This document shows positions 62,599 to 64,000 of a stretch of 64,000 bases of DNA, one piece after another. Under the pieces are notes generated by a model. The model was not told the origin of the DNA. It made no database searches and worked only from the letters and a program-made list of their open reading frames with translations. Origin of the DNA: Mobula birostris. Taxonomy: Eukaryota. The stretch is taken from positions 67,825,717 to 67,889,716 of the forward strand of contig NC_092380.1 in the NCBI RefSeq assembly GCF_030028105.1, written 5' to 3'. The position numbers were made by a program, and so were the translations under genes. The stretch's first letter is position 1, and each line of letters opens with the position of its first letter.

Positions 62599-64000
62599 TA
62601 TAGTGTTGATGATTCACTTAAAATTGAAAGCTAGTTTTCATAATTTCAAAGTGGAAGACTTAAATTATTAAAATTCTAATTGCATTTTTCGTAATTTGGA
62701 ACGTAACTTGACAGAATCTTGTCAGTCACAAGAATTTGTTTAAACTCATTGTTTTATCCACCTTGCAAATTCCAATTTATGTTTTGATTTTTAATAAGGT
62801 TGGGATAAAAGAATATTCTTCAATTAGCCAATTGCAGTACAAATACAAATTACAAATCCAGTTATAAATCCTATCCAATTACAGATGAATCAAGTGAAAT
62901 AGTCAGGGCGTGTGAGGATAGTCAAGATCTCAACGGCCAGACAGGATCTCAATTTAATGTCTGCTTTGAATGTTGGCACATCTTAGCAATGTATTACTTT
63001 TAAAATGCTGCAATTTTTGAAACAGATTGTCTTTGAGTTAGGGCTAATATTTAAACATTCCTATTTTTGATGCAACAGATGATCAAAATAACAAGGTGCA
63101 ACAGGGCATCCAGGACTTTGCTAAGTGATACATCACCAAAACCAATGAAAATTAAACATTGCAAATGGAAAAGAGGAACCCCAGAGGTGCCGAGTGAATT
63201 AGCATGATGAAATCAATATCAAATCAGATACAGAAAGAGAAATAAAAAAGGGAATGAAATAATCATTTGCAGAGAAAAGGTGATTTTAAAAAACGTAAAA
63301 GCCATATGTTTTGGAACTATATAAATTATTATTTTTTAAATATCCAACATTTCATATCCTGTAAAAATGTGTTTATAATTTTAGTTCACTTTCTGGGCCA
63401 AAGAGCTTGCTCATTAATAATAAATATGCCACTAAATTGATACTTAAACTCTTACTTGCTATAATTAATGAATTTAATGGAAATGATATAAAATGAGACG
63501 CTGATTTTATCAGGGAAATGGTAAGTGTTATTAATAAATCATTATCTTTCAGCTAAAACCATTTCTAGAATCAATGTGTAGGACAGCTGATTGAGAAAAT
63601 GATAATTGTTATAATTTAGAAATTGAGATGGTAAGACAGTCTCAACAGTCTGTACTGAATACCAACCATTTGAAAGTGCTGGTGGAAGAGAAACAATGTT
63701 ACCTTTATGCTTTGGTGAATATTATCTGTTAACAAATATCACAAAATTTGATTAATAAGCTATTATCATGTTCTGATAAAAGATCATTGTCCTGAAATAT
63801 CAACTTTTTTTTAACTGTGGTTCTGCTTCTGTTGGACTCTTTCTATGTTGCCACAAATGCTGCCTAACATGCTACTTCCAGGGTTTTCAATTTTTATTTT
63901 TTATTTCCTGCTCCTGCTGTGTTTTGCTTTGAGATTCATTCAAGTGAATGATATATTAATTTCATTTCCGTTTGTAGGAACCATTATAATTAAAGTTATT

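Overview
Eukaryotic, AT-rich, repeat-dense DNA that is intronic or intergenic. The repeat mix (dominant CR1, Rex1/Babar, RTE, L1/Tx1, Penelope-like elements, a V-SINE and L2-like tails) suggests a cartilaginous fish, probably a ray; this is inferred from the repeats only. No intact host protein-coding gene is recognisable, and nearly all long ORFs are broken retrotransposon fragments. Notable structures: (1) a ~280-bp non-TE block duplicated at 298-578 and 8453-8728, better conserved than its flanks, with five consecutive same-phase substitutions including a TGA/TGT pair; (2) Penelope tails carrying minimal type-I hammerhead ribozyme motifs, two of them independent ~133-bp TSD-flanked inserts that start at the ribozyme; (3) a ~160-bp-arm inverted repeat at 12295-13187 and an older palindrome at 25776-26145; (4) two deeply nested retrotransposon stacks, one with a twin-priming-type RTE inversion and one with a HERO-like RLE fragment; (5) three solo LTRs, a 35-nt U6 snRNA 5' fragment and a candidate 47-nt exon. 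Coordinates of degenerate repeats are approximate and identities are hand estimates.
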